Shown here piece after piece: positions 1 through 8,938 of a stretch of 64,000 nt of DNA. Under the pieces are notes generated by a model. The model saw nothing but the letters and a program-made list of their open reading frames with translations. It was not told the DNA's origin and did not search any database. How positions within the stretch are numbered: position 1 is the stretch's first letter; every line of letters starts with the position of its first letter. Both the position numbers and the translations under genes were made by a program. Source of the DNA: Verrucomicrobiia bacterium (lineage in GTDB: Bacteria; Verrucomicrobiota; Verrucomicrobiia; Palsa-1439); assembly GCA_050015495.1 (NCBI GenBank), contig JBEKBH010000006.1, positions 67,661 through 131,660 of the forward strand. Direction: 5' to 3'.

Positions 1-263
1 TGCTGCCGAAAGAAGTTTTGAAGCGAAAGAAGGCGGGATTTCCGGTGCCGTACGGGATGTGGCTGCGCAACGGGCTCAAAGACCGGGTCGGAGACATCCT
101 GCTGTCGGATCGTGCGGCATCCCGAGGCTATTTTCAGAAAGGCGAGATCCAGCGCCTGTTGCAGGCGGATTCGCGGTCCGGCCGGTTCGGCAAAGCGATT
201 TTTTCGCTGTTGGTGGTCGAGTTGTGGCATCGGGCGTTTGTGGACGGTGGCCGTGCCATCTGA
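1..263 (+). CDS. Asparagine synthetase (glutamine-hydrolysing) family amidotransferase, C-terminal fragment (gene starts upstream of the window). Resembles the exosortase-system-associated AsnB-like amidotransferase.
   Basis: ORF open to the window edge. The C-terminal ...FSLLVVELWHRAFVDGG motif is typical of AsnB C-termini. Confidence 0.65.
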   Translation, partial: LPKEVLKRKKAGFPVPYGMWLRNGLKDRVGDILLSDRAASRGYFQKGEIQRLLQADSRSGRFGKAIFSLLVVELWHRAFVDGGRAI

Positions 264-291
264 TGTCATTGGGGAAGAACCGGGTCGCCAG

Positions 292-1488
292 ATGAATCGC
301 GGAAGCAAACCAGTGCGGGTCCTGTACAGTTTCCCGCTCAAACTCGGCGCAAGCCGGATCTGCACCACCGCGTGGTACCAGGTGGATGGACTGGCAGCCG
401 CTGGCGCCGACGTCACGGCGTTCCCCGCGTCCATTATTCGCTCGCTGCCGGCCAACGTGAAGATCAGGCCGACGCTGGCCCGGGGCAAACTTCGGGTGCC
501 GCACAAATTACTGGGCCGGATGGCCTATGCCCGTCTGCACGACGGGATCGTGGCGCGACGAATCGAAGGAATGGCCGGCCAGATCGACATCATTCACGCC
601 TGGCCGTTAGGGTCGGTGGAAACGCTCCGAACCGCCGCGCGCCTGGGAATCCCGACGGTGCTGGAGCGGTGCAATGCGCACACCCGGTTCGCGTACGAGG
701 TTGTCGCGCAGGAATGCGATCGCCTCGGCGTGCCCCTACCGGCCGACCACGAGCACGCCTACAACGCCGAGTTCCTGGCCAGGGAAGAGGAGGAGTACCG
801 ACTCGCGTTCCGGCTTTTGTGCCCGTCGGATTTCGTCGTAAAAACATTCCTCGACCAGGGGTTCTCCCGCGAGAAACTGGTACGGCATATTTACGGATTC
901 GATGAGACCGTGTTTCATCCCGATACCAGCCCACGCGAGCCGAAGCGCGGGCTGACAATGTTGTCGGTGGGCGTCTGCGCGGTCCGCAAGGGGCTCCATT
1001 ACGCGTTGGAAGCGTGGCTCCAATCCCCCGCGTCCCGTGAAGGCAAGTTTCTGATCGCCGGCGAATTCCTGCCGGCCTACCAGCAAAAGCTCTCGGCCAT
1101 GCTGGCCCATCCAAGCGTCAAGGTGCTTGGCCATCGTCGTGACGTGCCTGATTTGATGCGTCACAGCGACATCCTTGTCCTCCCCACCATCGAGGAAGGG
1201 TCCCCGTTGGTGTGCATGGAGGCCATGGGGAGTGGGTGTGTCCCGGTTGTTTCGGATGTATGCTCCGGCATCTGTCGCCATATGGAAAACGCGTTGGTGC
1301 ATCCCGTGGGCGATGTGGCGACGTTGAGCGAGCACATCACGATGTTGCACAACGACCGCGGGCTTCACGAGAAGCTGCGGTGTACCGGGCTCCGCGGTGC
1401 GCCGGGGATCACATGGGCTGCAGCCGGGGTTCGATTGCTTCAGGTTTACGAGGAAGTCGTGCAACAGAATCAACCGTCTCGCAATTAA
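292..1488 (+). CDS. Glycosyltransferase family 1 (GT4-like)
   Basis: EX7E-type motif EEGSPLVCMEAMGSGCVPVVSD. ATG at 292 inside the longer 112.. ORF. Confidence 0.85.
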   Translation: MNRGSKPVRVLYSFPLKLGASRICTTAWYQVDGLAAAGADVTAFPASIIRSLPANVKIRPTLARGKLRVPHKLLGRMAYARLHDGIVARRIEGMAGQIDIIHAWPLGSVETLRTAARLGIPTVLERCNAHTRFAYEVVAQECDRLGVPLPADHEHAYNAEFLAREEEEYRLAFRLLCPSDFVVKTFLDQGFSREKLVRHIYGFDETVFHPDTSPREPKRGLTMLSVGVCAVRKGLHYALEAWLQSPASREGKFLIAGEFLPAYQQKLSAMLAHPSVKVLGHRRDVPDLMRHSDILVLPTIEEGSPLVCMEAMGSGCVPVVSDVCSGICRHMENALVHPVGDVATLSEHITMLHNDRGLHEKLRCTGLRGAPGITWAAAGVRLLQVYEEVVQQNQPSRN

Positions 1489-1497
1489 GGAAGTCGA

Positions 1498-2265
1498 ATG
1501 TTGCGGGCATTGCGCAAGATCCACCACTACCATTCGGTTCTCGGCCTCTCGGGGGTTGTGGCCTTCCTGTTCGCAAAGCTGTCAGGTATCCGGCCGCTGC
1601 TCTCCAAGAAGCTGGTCGGAATCCGATACCCCGTGTATGTCCGGGTTGGTACCACCGACATCTCGGTGCTGAAGCAGGTGTTTATCGAACGGCAGTATAG
1701 CCTGACAATCCCCATCGAGCCGAAAGTCATCGTCGACGCAGGGGCCAACATTGGCCTTTCCGCTGTTTTCTTTGCCAACCAGTATCCCGGCGCGGCCATT
1801 TTCGCGATTGAGCCCGAACGATCCAACTACGAGATGTTGAGGAAGAATGCGGCGGCGTACCCCCAGATCCAACCCTTGCACGCGGCGTTGTGGAGTGAGA
1901 GCAAAATGATCTGTTTGGTCGATCCTGGGAATGGTCATCATGGGTTCCAAACTCTAGAAGGAGACGCGGAGAACCCTGACAATCGCGTCATGATTCCGGC
2001 GATGAGCTTGGATGCTCTGATCCAGCAGAAGGGATTGAAGCGGATCGATCTGCTCAAGATCGACATTGAAGGCGCGGAAAAAGAGGTGTTTGAAAACTCT
2101 TCGTCATGGATCGGTGACGTCGGAGTGATTATGGCGGAATTGCATGAGCATTTGAAAGCCGGATGCAGTCGGGCGTTTTCCGATGCAACCCGGGGGTTTT
2201 CCGAGGCGGCCTCAAAGGGGGAGACGGTTGTGCGCGTGAGCAAGAGCGCCTCGTCAGTCACCTGA
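1498..2265 (+). CDS. FkbM-family SAM-dependent methyltransferase
   Basis: VDAGANIGLSAVFFA...AIEPERSNYEMLRKN motif. RBS aaggaag 6 nt upstream of the ATG. Confidence 0.8.
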   Translation: MLRALRKIHHYHSVLGLSGVVAFLFAKLSGIRPLLSKKLVGIRYPVYVRVGTTDISVLKQVFIERQYSLTIPIEPKVIVDAGANIGLSAVFFANQYPGAAIFAIEPERSNYEMLRKNAAAYPQIQPLHAALWSESKMICLVDPGNGHHGFQTLEGDAENPDNRVMIPAMSLDALIQQKGLKRIDLLKIDIEGAEKEVFENSSSWIGDVGVIMAELHEHLKAGCSRAFSDATRGFSEAASKGETVVRVSKSASSVT

Positions 2266-2434
2266 GCATCCCCGTGGTTGAAGAAGCATTAAGATCATCG
2301 GCGACAACAATGAATGCGCAGGGATTACACCCAGTGCCAGTGTCGCCTGAACCGCCGCATTCTGGCAGAGGGGTGCGTCGGGACGTAGATGAACGACGGT
2401 ATGGCAGCGGCGGCGTGACCCGGACAATTCTCCC

Positions 2435-3757
2435 ATGAATGCGATCGGGGCATCTATTCTGACGGCGGTGGCTCTCGTCGTACTGTTTGGTTCACGACGC
2501 TGGGCGATCATAGCACTGATGGTGGGCGTGGTGTACGTCCCGCAGTCGCAACATATTGAGGTCATGAACTTCAATATGTTCTCGGTCCGGTTTCTGGAAC
2601 TCGCGGGATTCATTCGCGTCCTGTCTCGTGGAGAGTATTCATTTTCGAAGCTCAACAAGATCGATCGAGCGCTGCTGCTCCTGTATGCATTCACCGCCAT
2701 CGTGTTTTCGCTGCGCTCCAGCGAGGGCCAGGCGTTTGTGATCGGCACCGCCGTGGACGCCTGGCTGTGCTATTTCACGTTTCGAGGGCTGGTGGTCGAC
2801 ATGGAGGACTTTCGATGGTTCCTGCAGGCGTTCGTTTTCCTGCTGGCGCCGTACGCCGTGTTGCTCGTGATCGAGACTTTGACAAGGTACAACGTGTTTT
2901 CCCTGCTGGGGGGAGGCATGTACGAGTGGGAACGCGAAGGCAGATTTCGTTGCGTGGGCAGTTTTCGGAATCCGGATTTGTTGGGGACACTGGGGGCGAG
3001 CTTCCTTCCTCTGTACATCGGGCTGGCCTGTGGAAAGACGGGCCGGATTCGGGCGTGCATCGCCGCCGGAGTGTGTTTGGTGATCGTCTGGTCCTCCAAC
3101 TCTGGCGGGCCGGCCTGCGCCGCGGCTGTTGGCCTGGTGGGCTGGATGTGTTGGAAAATCCGAACGAATATGCGGTTGGTGCGCTGGGGAATTGTCGGCA
3201 CGATCCTGCTGGCGGCCCTGCTGATGAAGGCCCCGGTGTGGTATTTACTGGCGCGCATCAGCGATATTACCGGGGGTGACGGTTACCACCGGGCCTATCT
3301 CATAGACGTGTCGTTCCGGCATCTCGGCCAGTGGTGGTTTGACGGCATCCCCATGAGCGACACGATGGACTGGTTCCCCTACAGTCTGATGACCGGGGCG
3401 GATATTACCAATCAGTTCATTTCGTTCGGGCTCAATGCCGGTATCGGAGCTGTCGGGTTGCTGATTCTGTTGTTGGTTCTGGCATATAGCGCCTTGGGCC
3501 GGGCCCTGGAAAGCGTCCGCTCCCACTTTCCTGAGTCGAGCGACAGCGAATACCTGTTGTGGGGGTTGGGGGTCATGCTGGCCGTACACATTATCAATTG
3601 GTTTGGAATCACCTACTTCGACCAGTTCTACGTAATCTGGTTCATGCAACTGGCGATCATCTCCTGCGTCACAGAGAATGCCGGGGAAACAGGACCGGCG
3701 CTCGAAGTGGATGAAGCGGGAGCCTGGCCCGAACACGAAGAGGCTCTCCGAACTTGA
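2435..3757 (+). CDS. O-antigen ligase / Wzy_C-domain polytopic membrane protein. Polysaccharide polymerase or O-glycosylation ligase candidate.
   Basis: About 10 predicted TM helices. SNSGGPACAAAVG loop typical of the Wzy_C/WaaL family. Confidence 0.6.
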   Translation: MNAIGASILTAVALVVLFGSRRWAIIALMVGVVYVPQSQHIEVMNFNMFSVRFLELAGFIRVLSRGEYSFSKLNKIDRALLLLYAFTAIVFSLRSSEGQAFVIGTAVDAWLCYFTFRGLVVDMEDFRWFLQAFVFLLAPYAVLLVIETLTRYNVFSLLGGGMYEWEREGRFRCVGSFRNPDLLGTLGASFLPLYIGLACGKTGRIRACIAAGVCLVIVWSSNSGGPACAAAVGLVGWMCWKIRTNMRLVRWGIVGTILLAALLMKAPVWYLLARISDITGGDGYHRAYLIDVSFRHLGQWWFDGIPMSDTMDWFPYSLMTGADITNQFISFGLNAGIGAVGLLILLLVLAYSALGRALESVRSHFPESSDSEYLLWGLGVMLAVHIINWFGITYFDQFYVIWFMQLAIISCVTENAGETGPALEVDEAGAWPEHEEALRT

Positions 3758-3828
3758 CACGGGGCCGGTGACTCGAAGTGTGGGCCGCAACGGCCCCCCG
3801 AGACATTCGCTACGTTGACTCCTGCAAC

Positions 3829-4740
3829 ATGTTGGTTAGCGCAATAATTCCGACCTACAACCGTGCTCGGACCATCGAGCGCGCGGTGAACAGCGTGCTA
3901 GGCCAGTCCTGGCAACCAATCGAAGTCATTGTTGTTGATGATGGTTCGACAGATCAGACGACGGACATCCTGGCACGATACGGCGACCGGATCCGGCTGA
4001 TTCGCCAGAAAAACCAAGGGCCAAGTGCCGCTAGAAATGCCGGTATCAAGGCTGCCCGGGGGGAGATCGTCACCTTTCTGGACTCGGACGATTCGTGGTT
4101 GCCCGACAAGGTCGAACGACAAGCGAAACTGCTCCAAGCCACCGAATCGCAGGGAGTCGCCTGCTGCGTGTGCAACGCGCGGATGGAGTTCCTGTCCGGG
4201 ACGAGGTATTCGTTCGCGGCGGCATCGCTCCATCCCCGGCACAAGGAAGGGATCTGGAGCAACCCGGCGGAGATACTCGTCACCCGGTTTTTATTTTTCA
4301 ATCAAGTGGCCGCCATCTGGCGCACCGCGTTGGAGGAGACGGGCTATTTCCGTCCGGGAATCATGGAAGATTATGACCTGGCGTTGCGACTATCCTTGGT
4401 CGGGCCCTGGGCGTTCATCGCCGATCCGTTGGTGGTGTGGTATGAGCAGAAGGGGGATAATCTTTCTCGCACCCATAGTCCGCGTGAGATCACGGAACGG
4501 GCCTTGAAGATTCTCCTCGACATACGCAGTTCATCCCGTTGGGGCACGCTCCTGCCTGACCGCTTGCTGCGGCGGCGAATTCGGGAACTGCAACGACAGG
4601 TTTTTGCCCAGCGCCTGTCTGTGGAGCATGGTTGGGCAGCCAAGGGGTTGGCGAAATGTCTAGTCGCGTATTTACGAATTCAGCGGCGTGTCCAATTGGA
4701 TTTGCGAGTGTATCCGTCAATGGTCACGCAAAAGCCGTAA
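3829..4740 (+). CDS. Glycosyltransferase family 2
   Basis: VSAIIPTYNRARTIERAVNSV...VIVVDDGSTD...LDSDD (DXD) motifs. Alternative upstream start at 3778. Confidence 0.85.
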   Translation: MLVSAIIPTYNRARTIERAVNSVLGQSWQPIEVIVVDDGSTDQTTDILARYGDRIRLIRQKNQGPSAARNAGIKAARGEIVTFLDSDDSWLPDKVERQAKLLQATESQGVACCVCNARMEFLSGTRYSFAAASLHPRHKEGIWSNPAEILVTRFLFFNQVAAIWRTALEETGYFRPGIMEDYDLALRLSLVGPWAFIADPLVVWYEQKGDNLSRTHSPREITERALKILLDIRSSSRWGTLLPDRLLRRRIRELQRQVFAQRLSVEHGWAAKGLAKCLVAYLRIQRRVQLDLRVYPSMVTQKP

Positions 4741-4904
4741 GCTGTGTCTGGTGTCAACCGGAAGAACCAATGGTTGCAGGCGACGAGACAATCGCAGGGT
4801 CGGTTCATAAATCTGCGATGACCATGGCCGAATGGCCGACAAACTTGAGAGGAACGACGAACAGTGCTGCGACACAACATTCGTATGTGTCTGGAAATGG
4901 GCGG

Positions 4905-4920
4905 TGGCACCGATACTGCT
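4905..4920 (+). promoter_or_regulatory. Candidate sigma-54 (-24/-12) promoter TGGCAC-N5-CTGCT for the downstream beta-helix/PKD protein gene
   Basis: Exact GG-N10-GC spacing (GG 4906-4907, GC 4918-4919). ATG at 4936 lies about 16 nt downstream of the -12 element. PrsR (sigma-54 activator) is encoded in the same locus. Confidence 0.5.
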
Positions 4921-4935
4921 GTCTTGGGCAGCCAC

Positions 4936-7900
4936 ATGAGTATAGTTGTACCGACACTGGAAAGCGTGTCGCTCCGGGATCGCTCTCCTTTCATCCGCCA
5001 TCCGGTCACTGTCTGCCTCGCTGTTCTCCTCATGGCATGTGTGAATGCCTTCGGAACCAGTTACTATGTGGACTATTCAAGCGGTGCCGACGGCAACTCC
5101 GGCACAAGCACGTCGTCGCCCTGGCAGCATTGTCCCGGCGATCCGGCGGCGACGGGCGCGGCGCTGGCGCACGTGCCGCAACCGGGCGACATTTTCAATT
5201 TCAGGGCCGGAACGACGTACACGCTGACGGGCGACGGCAGTACGCTGTACCAGACCGGCATCGGCCTGAACTGGTCGGGATCGAGCGCCGCGCCGATCAC
5301 CTATGCGTGCAGCGCGAACTGGAGCAACGGCAGCAACACCAACCGGGTGATTTTCACGGACGGTTATACCTCCAAGTACATCGCGGCGTTCTACGCGCCC
5401 GGCGCCGTGGCGAACATCGTGATCAGCAACCTGGAGATCGGGCCGATCGGTGGCAGCGCGACCTTGCCGGCGGATCCGGGCACCGGCGTCCCCTCCAAGA
5501 ACGGGTACGGCGTGTTTTGCGGCGGGACATTCCAGAATATCACCGTGGCGAGTTGTTACTTCCACAATCTCGGGTACGCGTTCAACACCATCCCGATGGA
5601 CGGGAACTCGCTGGGCCAGAGCGACGGGCGGCTCTCGAGCGCGGGCATCGAGCTCTACGGCAGCGGCAGCGGCGTGACCATCACCAACTGCGCGTTCACC
5701 CACATGCACACCGCGATTGACCTCGCGTGGCAGGCCGACACGTCGGACATCACGATCACGGCGAGCCGCTTCTACGATTTCATCGTCTGGGGCATCGACG
5801 TGGCCGGCATCGCTGGAAACCTGGACTACTTGACGATCAGCGGGAACAATTTTAGCGGCATGGGCTGGGCGTACTCGCCGCCGAACTGGACCGGCTACAA
5901 CAACATCCCGGCGACGTGTTCGACGTGTTGGGCGGGCAGTCCGCACCAGGACCCGATCTTCTTTCGGACCAGCGACCTGAGCGTCACCTGCGGCCTGCAC
6001 AACAACATTTACGGGAACGAGTTTCACACCACGCATCCGAACGAAGTGTTCACGGCGGACCTGTATCTGGAATATGCCCCGAGCGTGAACATCTACAACA
6101 ACCTGTTCGACAATCCGAATGCGGGCGTCTCGACGACGGGTCAGAATATTTACACCAACTCGACGGGCATCATCACCACGAACAGTTGGAGCGGCGGCGG
6201 CGCGCCGGCCGTGGAGATCTCCTACGAACTCAACCAGGGCGGCACAATCCGCATTCTCAACAACACCGCGATCGTCAACCTCCCCGGCTCGGCCCAGAGC
6301 GCGGCGCTATTGTGGGGCGCGTGCGGCTGTCTCACCCCGCCTCTGACATGGCCGAACAACGCCTACCTGCAGGTCGAGAACAACTTGGGTTACTCGTGGG
6401 CGACAACGGGCCAGCAAGGTTCGCTGCTCATACTCGGCGTGGTAACGAATCAATACCCCGTTGCGCAATGGACAGTGGATTACAACGACTGGCATTCGCC
6501 CCACGCCAGCGACCCCTACTTCTGGTGGAACAACCAGCCCGGGTTCAACCTCGACGGCGGCCTGGCCGTCGAGCAGAGCGTCGGCTTCGACGCCCACGGC
6601 ATCACCAACGACCCCGCCTTCGTGAGCTTGGCGTACGGCGCGACCACCAACAGCCCGGGGAATAGTTACCAATTGCAGTCCAGCTCGCCCGCGATTGGGG
6701 CGGGAGTCAATCTGAGCAGTCTTGGCTTGCCGGGCCTGAACACCGACAAAGACGGCAATCCCCGTCCGGCTTCGGGTCCGTGGGATATTGGAACTTACGA
6801 GTACAACACGAACAGCGTGGCGCCGTCCCCGCCTGTGGCCTCGTTCAGCGCGACGCCGACCAGCGGAACGGCACCCCTGACAGTGACGTTTGCCGATACA
6901 TCCAGCGGTACTATCACCGATCGCTTCTGGCAGTTTGGGGACGGTAATGTGACCAACACGATGGCGACGACGGTGATCTACCAATATACCGGAGCCGGCA
7001 CCGACACAGTCCAATTGATCGTGAGCGGCCCGGGCGGCTCCAGTACGAACGTGCAGGCCAATCTGATTACGGTCGGTTCAACTGGCAACACGAACAGCGT
7101 TCCGCCACCGGTGGCCGCGTTCACTGTCGCGCCGACCAATGGCACGGCTCCGTTGACGGTAACGTTCACGGACACATCGACCGGCTCGATCACGAACCGT
7201 CTGTGGCATTTTGGGGACGGGACTTTGACCAACACATTGGAAACCACAATGGTGCACCAGTATACGGCAGCGGGCACCAATACCGTGTATTTGCGTGTGT
7301 ATGGCTCTGGCGGTGAGAGCCTCGATCTAAAGCCCAATCTCGTTACGGTCAGTTCAGCCGGCAACACGAACAGCGTTCCGCCACCGGTGGCCGTGTTCAG
7401 TGCCGCGCCGACCAGCGGTACGGCTCCGTTGACGGTGACGTTCACCGATACATCCACCGGTGCCATCACCGATCGCTACTGGCAATTTGGCGACGGTAAT
7501 GTACTGGACACGACAGCGACAACGGTGATCTACCAATACACCGGGCCCGGTACGGACACGGTTCAGTTGGTGGTAAGCGGCCCGGGCGGATCCAGTACGA
7601 ACGTGCAGGCCAATCTGATTACGGTCGGTTCAGCTGGCAACACGAACAGCGTTCCGCCGCCGGTGGCCGCGTTCACCGCCGCGCCGACCCGTGGTACGGT
7701 CCCATTGATGGTGACGTTCACGGACACGTCGACCGGCTCGATCACGAACCGTCTGTGGCTTTTTGGGGATGGGACATCGGCCAATACGTTGAGCACCACG
7801 ACGGTACACCAATACACGACGCCGGGTACCGATACCGTGCAACTGGTTGTTACCGGTCCGGGAGGCGCGGGTGTCAGCACGCAGGGCAACCTGATCATCG

Positions 7901-7989
7901 TCAGCCCAAGTTCACAATCAGGCGGCGGTACCAACGGCGTCCCGCAGGTTGGCGGTCATTACCACTGGCGGTTCCTGACCGCTCATTAG
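4936..7989 (+). CDS. Large secreted protein. N-terminal signal peptide, right-handed beta-helix (pectate-lyase-like) region, and four C-terminal PKD-like domains.
   Basis: Signal peptide HPVTVCLAVLLMACVNAFG. NxT/GxT-rich beta-helix-like region. Four ~90-aa units with APLTVTFTDTSTG...FGDG... PKD signature. Maximal ORF begins at 4864. The 4936 start was chosen because of the sigma-54 promoter. Confidence 0.75.
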   Translation: MSIVVPTLESVSLRDRSPFIRHPVTVCLAVLLMACVNAFGTSYYVDYSSGADGNSGTSTSSPWQHCPGDPAATGAALAHVPQPGDIFNFRAGTTYTLTGDGSTLYQTGIGLNWSGSSAAPITYACSANWSNGSNTNRVIFTDGYTSKYIAAFYAPGAVANIVISNLEIGPIGGSATLPADPGTGVPSKNGYGVFCGGTFQNITVASCYFHNLGYAFNTIPMDGNSLGQSDGRLSSAGIELYGSGSGVTITNCAFTHMHTAIDLAWQADTSDITITASRFYDFIVWGIDVAGIAGNLDYLTISGNNFSGMGWAYSPPNWTGYNNIPATCSTCWAGSPHQDPIFFRTSDLSVTCGLHNNIYGNEFHTTHPNEVFTADLYLEYAPSVNIYNNLFDNPNAGVSTTGQNIYTNSTGIITTNSWSGGGAPAVEISYELNQGGTIRILNNTAIVNLPGSAQSAALLWGACGCLTPPLTWPNNAYLQVENNLGYSWATTGQQGSLLILGVVTNQYPVAQWTVDYNDWHSPHASDPYFWWNNQPGFNLDGGLAVEQSVGFDAHGITNDPAFVSLAYGATTNSPGNSYQLQSSSPAIGAGVNLSSLGLPGLNTDKDGNPRPASGPWDIGTYEYNTNSVAPSPPVASFSATPTSGTAPLTVTFADTSSGTITDRFWQFGDGNVTNTMATTVIYQYTGAGTDTVQLIVSGPGGSSTNVQANLITVGSTGNTNSVPPPVAAFTVAPTNGTAPLTVTFTDTSTGSITNRLWHFGDGTLTNTLETTMVHQYTAAGTNTVYLRVYGSGGESLDLKPNLVTVSSAGNTNSVPPPVAVFSAAPTSGTAPLTVTFTDTSTGAITDRYWQFGDGNVLDTTATTVIYQYTGPGTDTVQLVVSGPGGSSTNVQANLITVGSAGNTNSVPPPVAAFTAAPTRGTVPLMVTFTDTSTGSITNRLWLFGDGTSANTLSTTTVHQYTTPGTDTVQLVVTGPGGAGVSTQGNLIIVSPSSQSGGGTNGVPQVGGHYHWRFLTAH
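6806..7905. repeat. Tandem intragenic repeats: four PKD-domain units (~270-280 bp each) in ABAB order. The A/A' and B/B' copies are near-identical at DNA level.
   Basis: Motif ggcaacacgaacagcgttccgcc[ag]ccggtggccg recurs at 7086, 7366 and 7636. Protein units alternate between type A (..IYQYTG.GTDTVQL.VSGPGGSSTNVQANLITVGS) and type B (..VHQYT..GT.TV.L.V.G.GG). Confidence 0.7.
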
Positions 7990-8258
7990 CGCCCCTGACA
8001 GAACGCCGGGATCGTGGAAGGCCCGCTCCCGCATGGTCGAGAATATCCGGGGAATATCACGGTGGCGCAGAAACGCTACCCACCCAGAGAAGCCTTCGTA
8101 GGCGCGCGTAGTCTGTTCCAGAAACGGTCTCGGCAAGCAAATAATCTACATCGGTCTCGCCCACGGTGTTATCACAGCACCGCGCGGCGGCGGTGGGAGG
8201 GTGATTTGGAGATTCCCGTTGACAACGACGCGATGCTGAACCGGTTGATGAGGTAGCA

Positions 8259-8864
8259 ATGGGTATCGGAACGATAGAATGGCTTGACCACGCCCGGTCG
8301 CGGGTTGTGACGAGATTGTACACGCTGCTGTTCGCGAGCCAATTCAAGGAATTCGGCGCGGGATCCAGGATTGCGCCGCCGTTTCGCTATTACGGCTTGA
8401 ACCAGATCAGTGTGGGGGAAAAGGTAATCATCAACCGCGACTGTTGGATTCAGGTATTGGGTGGCCGTCAGGACGACACATCCGCGAAGATTGTCATCCG
8501 CGCGCACGCCGGGATTGGAATGGGCGCCAGCATTTCCGCCGCACAGCAGATTACCATTGGCGAGTACGTCCTCTTGGCCCGCAACGTGTACATCTCCGAC
8601 CACGCCCACGCGTACGAGAATCTGGACGTGCCGATCATGCGTCAGGGGATTGACGGTATCGCCCCCGTTTCCATCGGCCGCAATACGTGGCTGGGGGAGA
8701 ATGCGGTCGTCCTGCCCGGTGTCACCATCGGCGAGCATTGCGTCATTGGTGCCAACGCGGTGGTAAATACGTCCATCCCGGATTTTTCCGTCGCGGTCGG
8801 CGCGCCGGCGCGCGTGGTGAAGCAGTTCAATAAGAACAGCGGACGATGGGAACGCGTCGGTTGA
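8259..8864 (+). CDS. Hexapeptide-repeat (LbH) sugar O-acetyltransferase
   Basis: Left-handed beta-helix repeats IGENAVVLPGVTIGEHCVIGANAVV. Confidence 0.75.
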   Translation: MGIGTIEWLDHARSRVVTRLYTLLFASQFKEFGAGSRIAPPFRYYGLNQISVGEKVIINRDCWIQVLGGRQDDTSAKIVIRAHAGIGMGASISAAQQITIGEYVLLARNVYISDHAHAYENLDVPIMRQGIDGIAPVSIGRNTWLGENAVVLPGVTIGEHCVIGANAVVNTSIPDFSVAVGAPARVVKQFNKNSGRWERVG

Positions 8865-8938
8865 CAGCTCGGGGAGCGCCCCGAAATCGAGTGTGCGATC
8901 CGGATGTCTCCTGACAGGCACGACAGGGCGGAAGGCCA

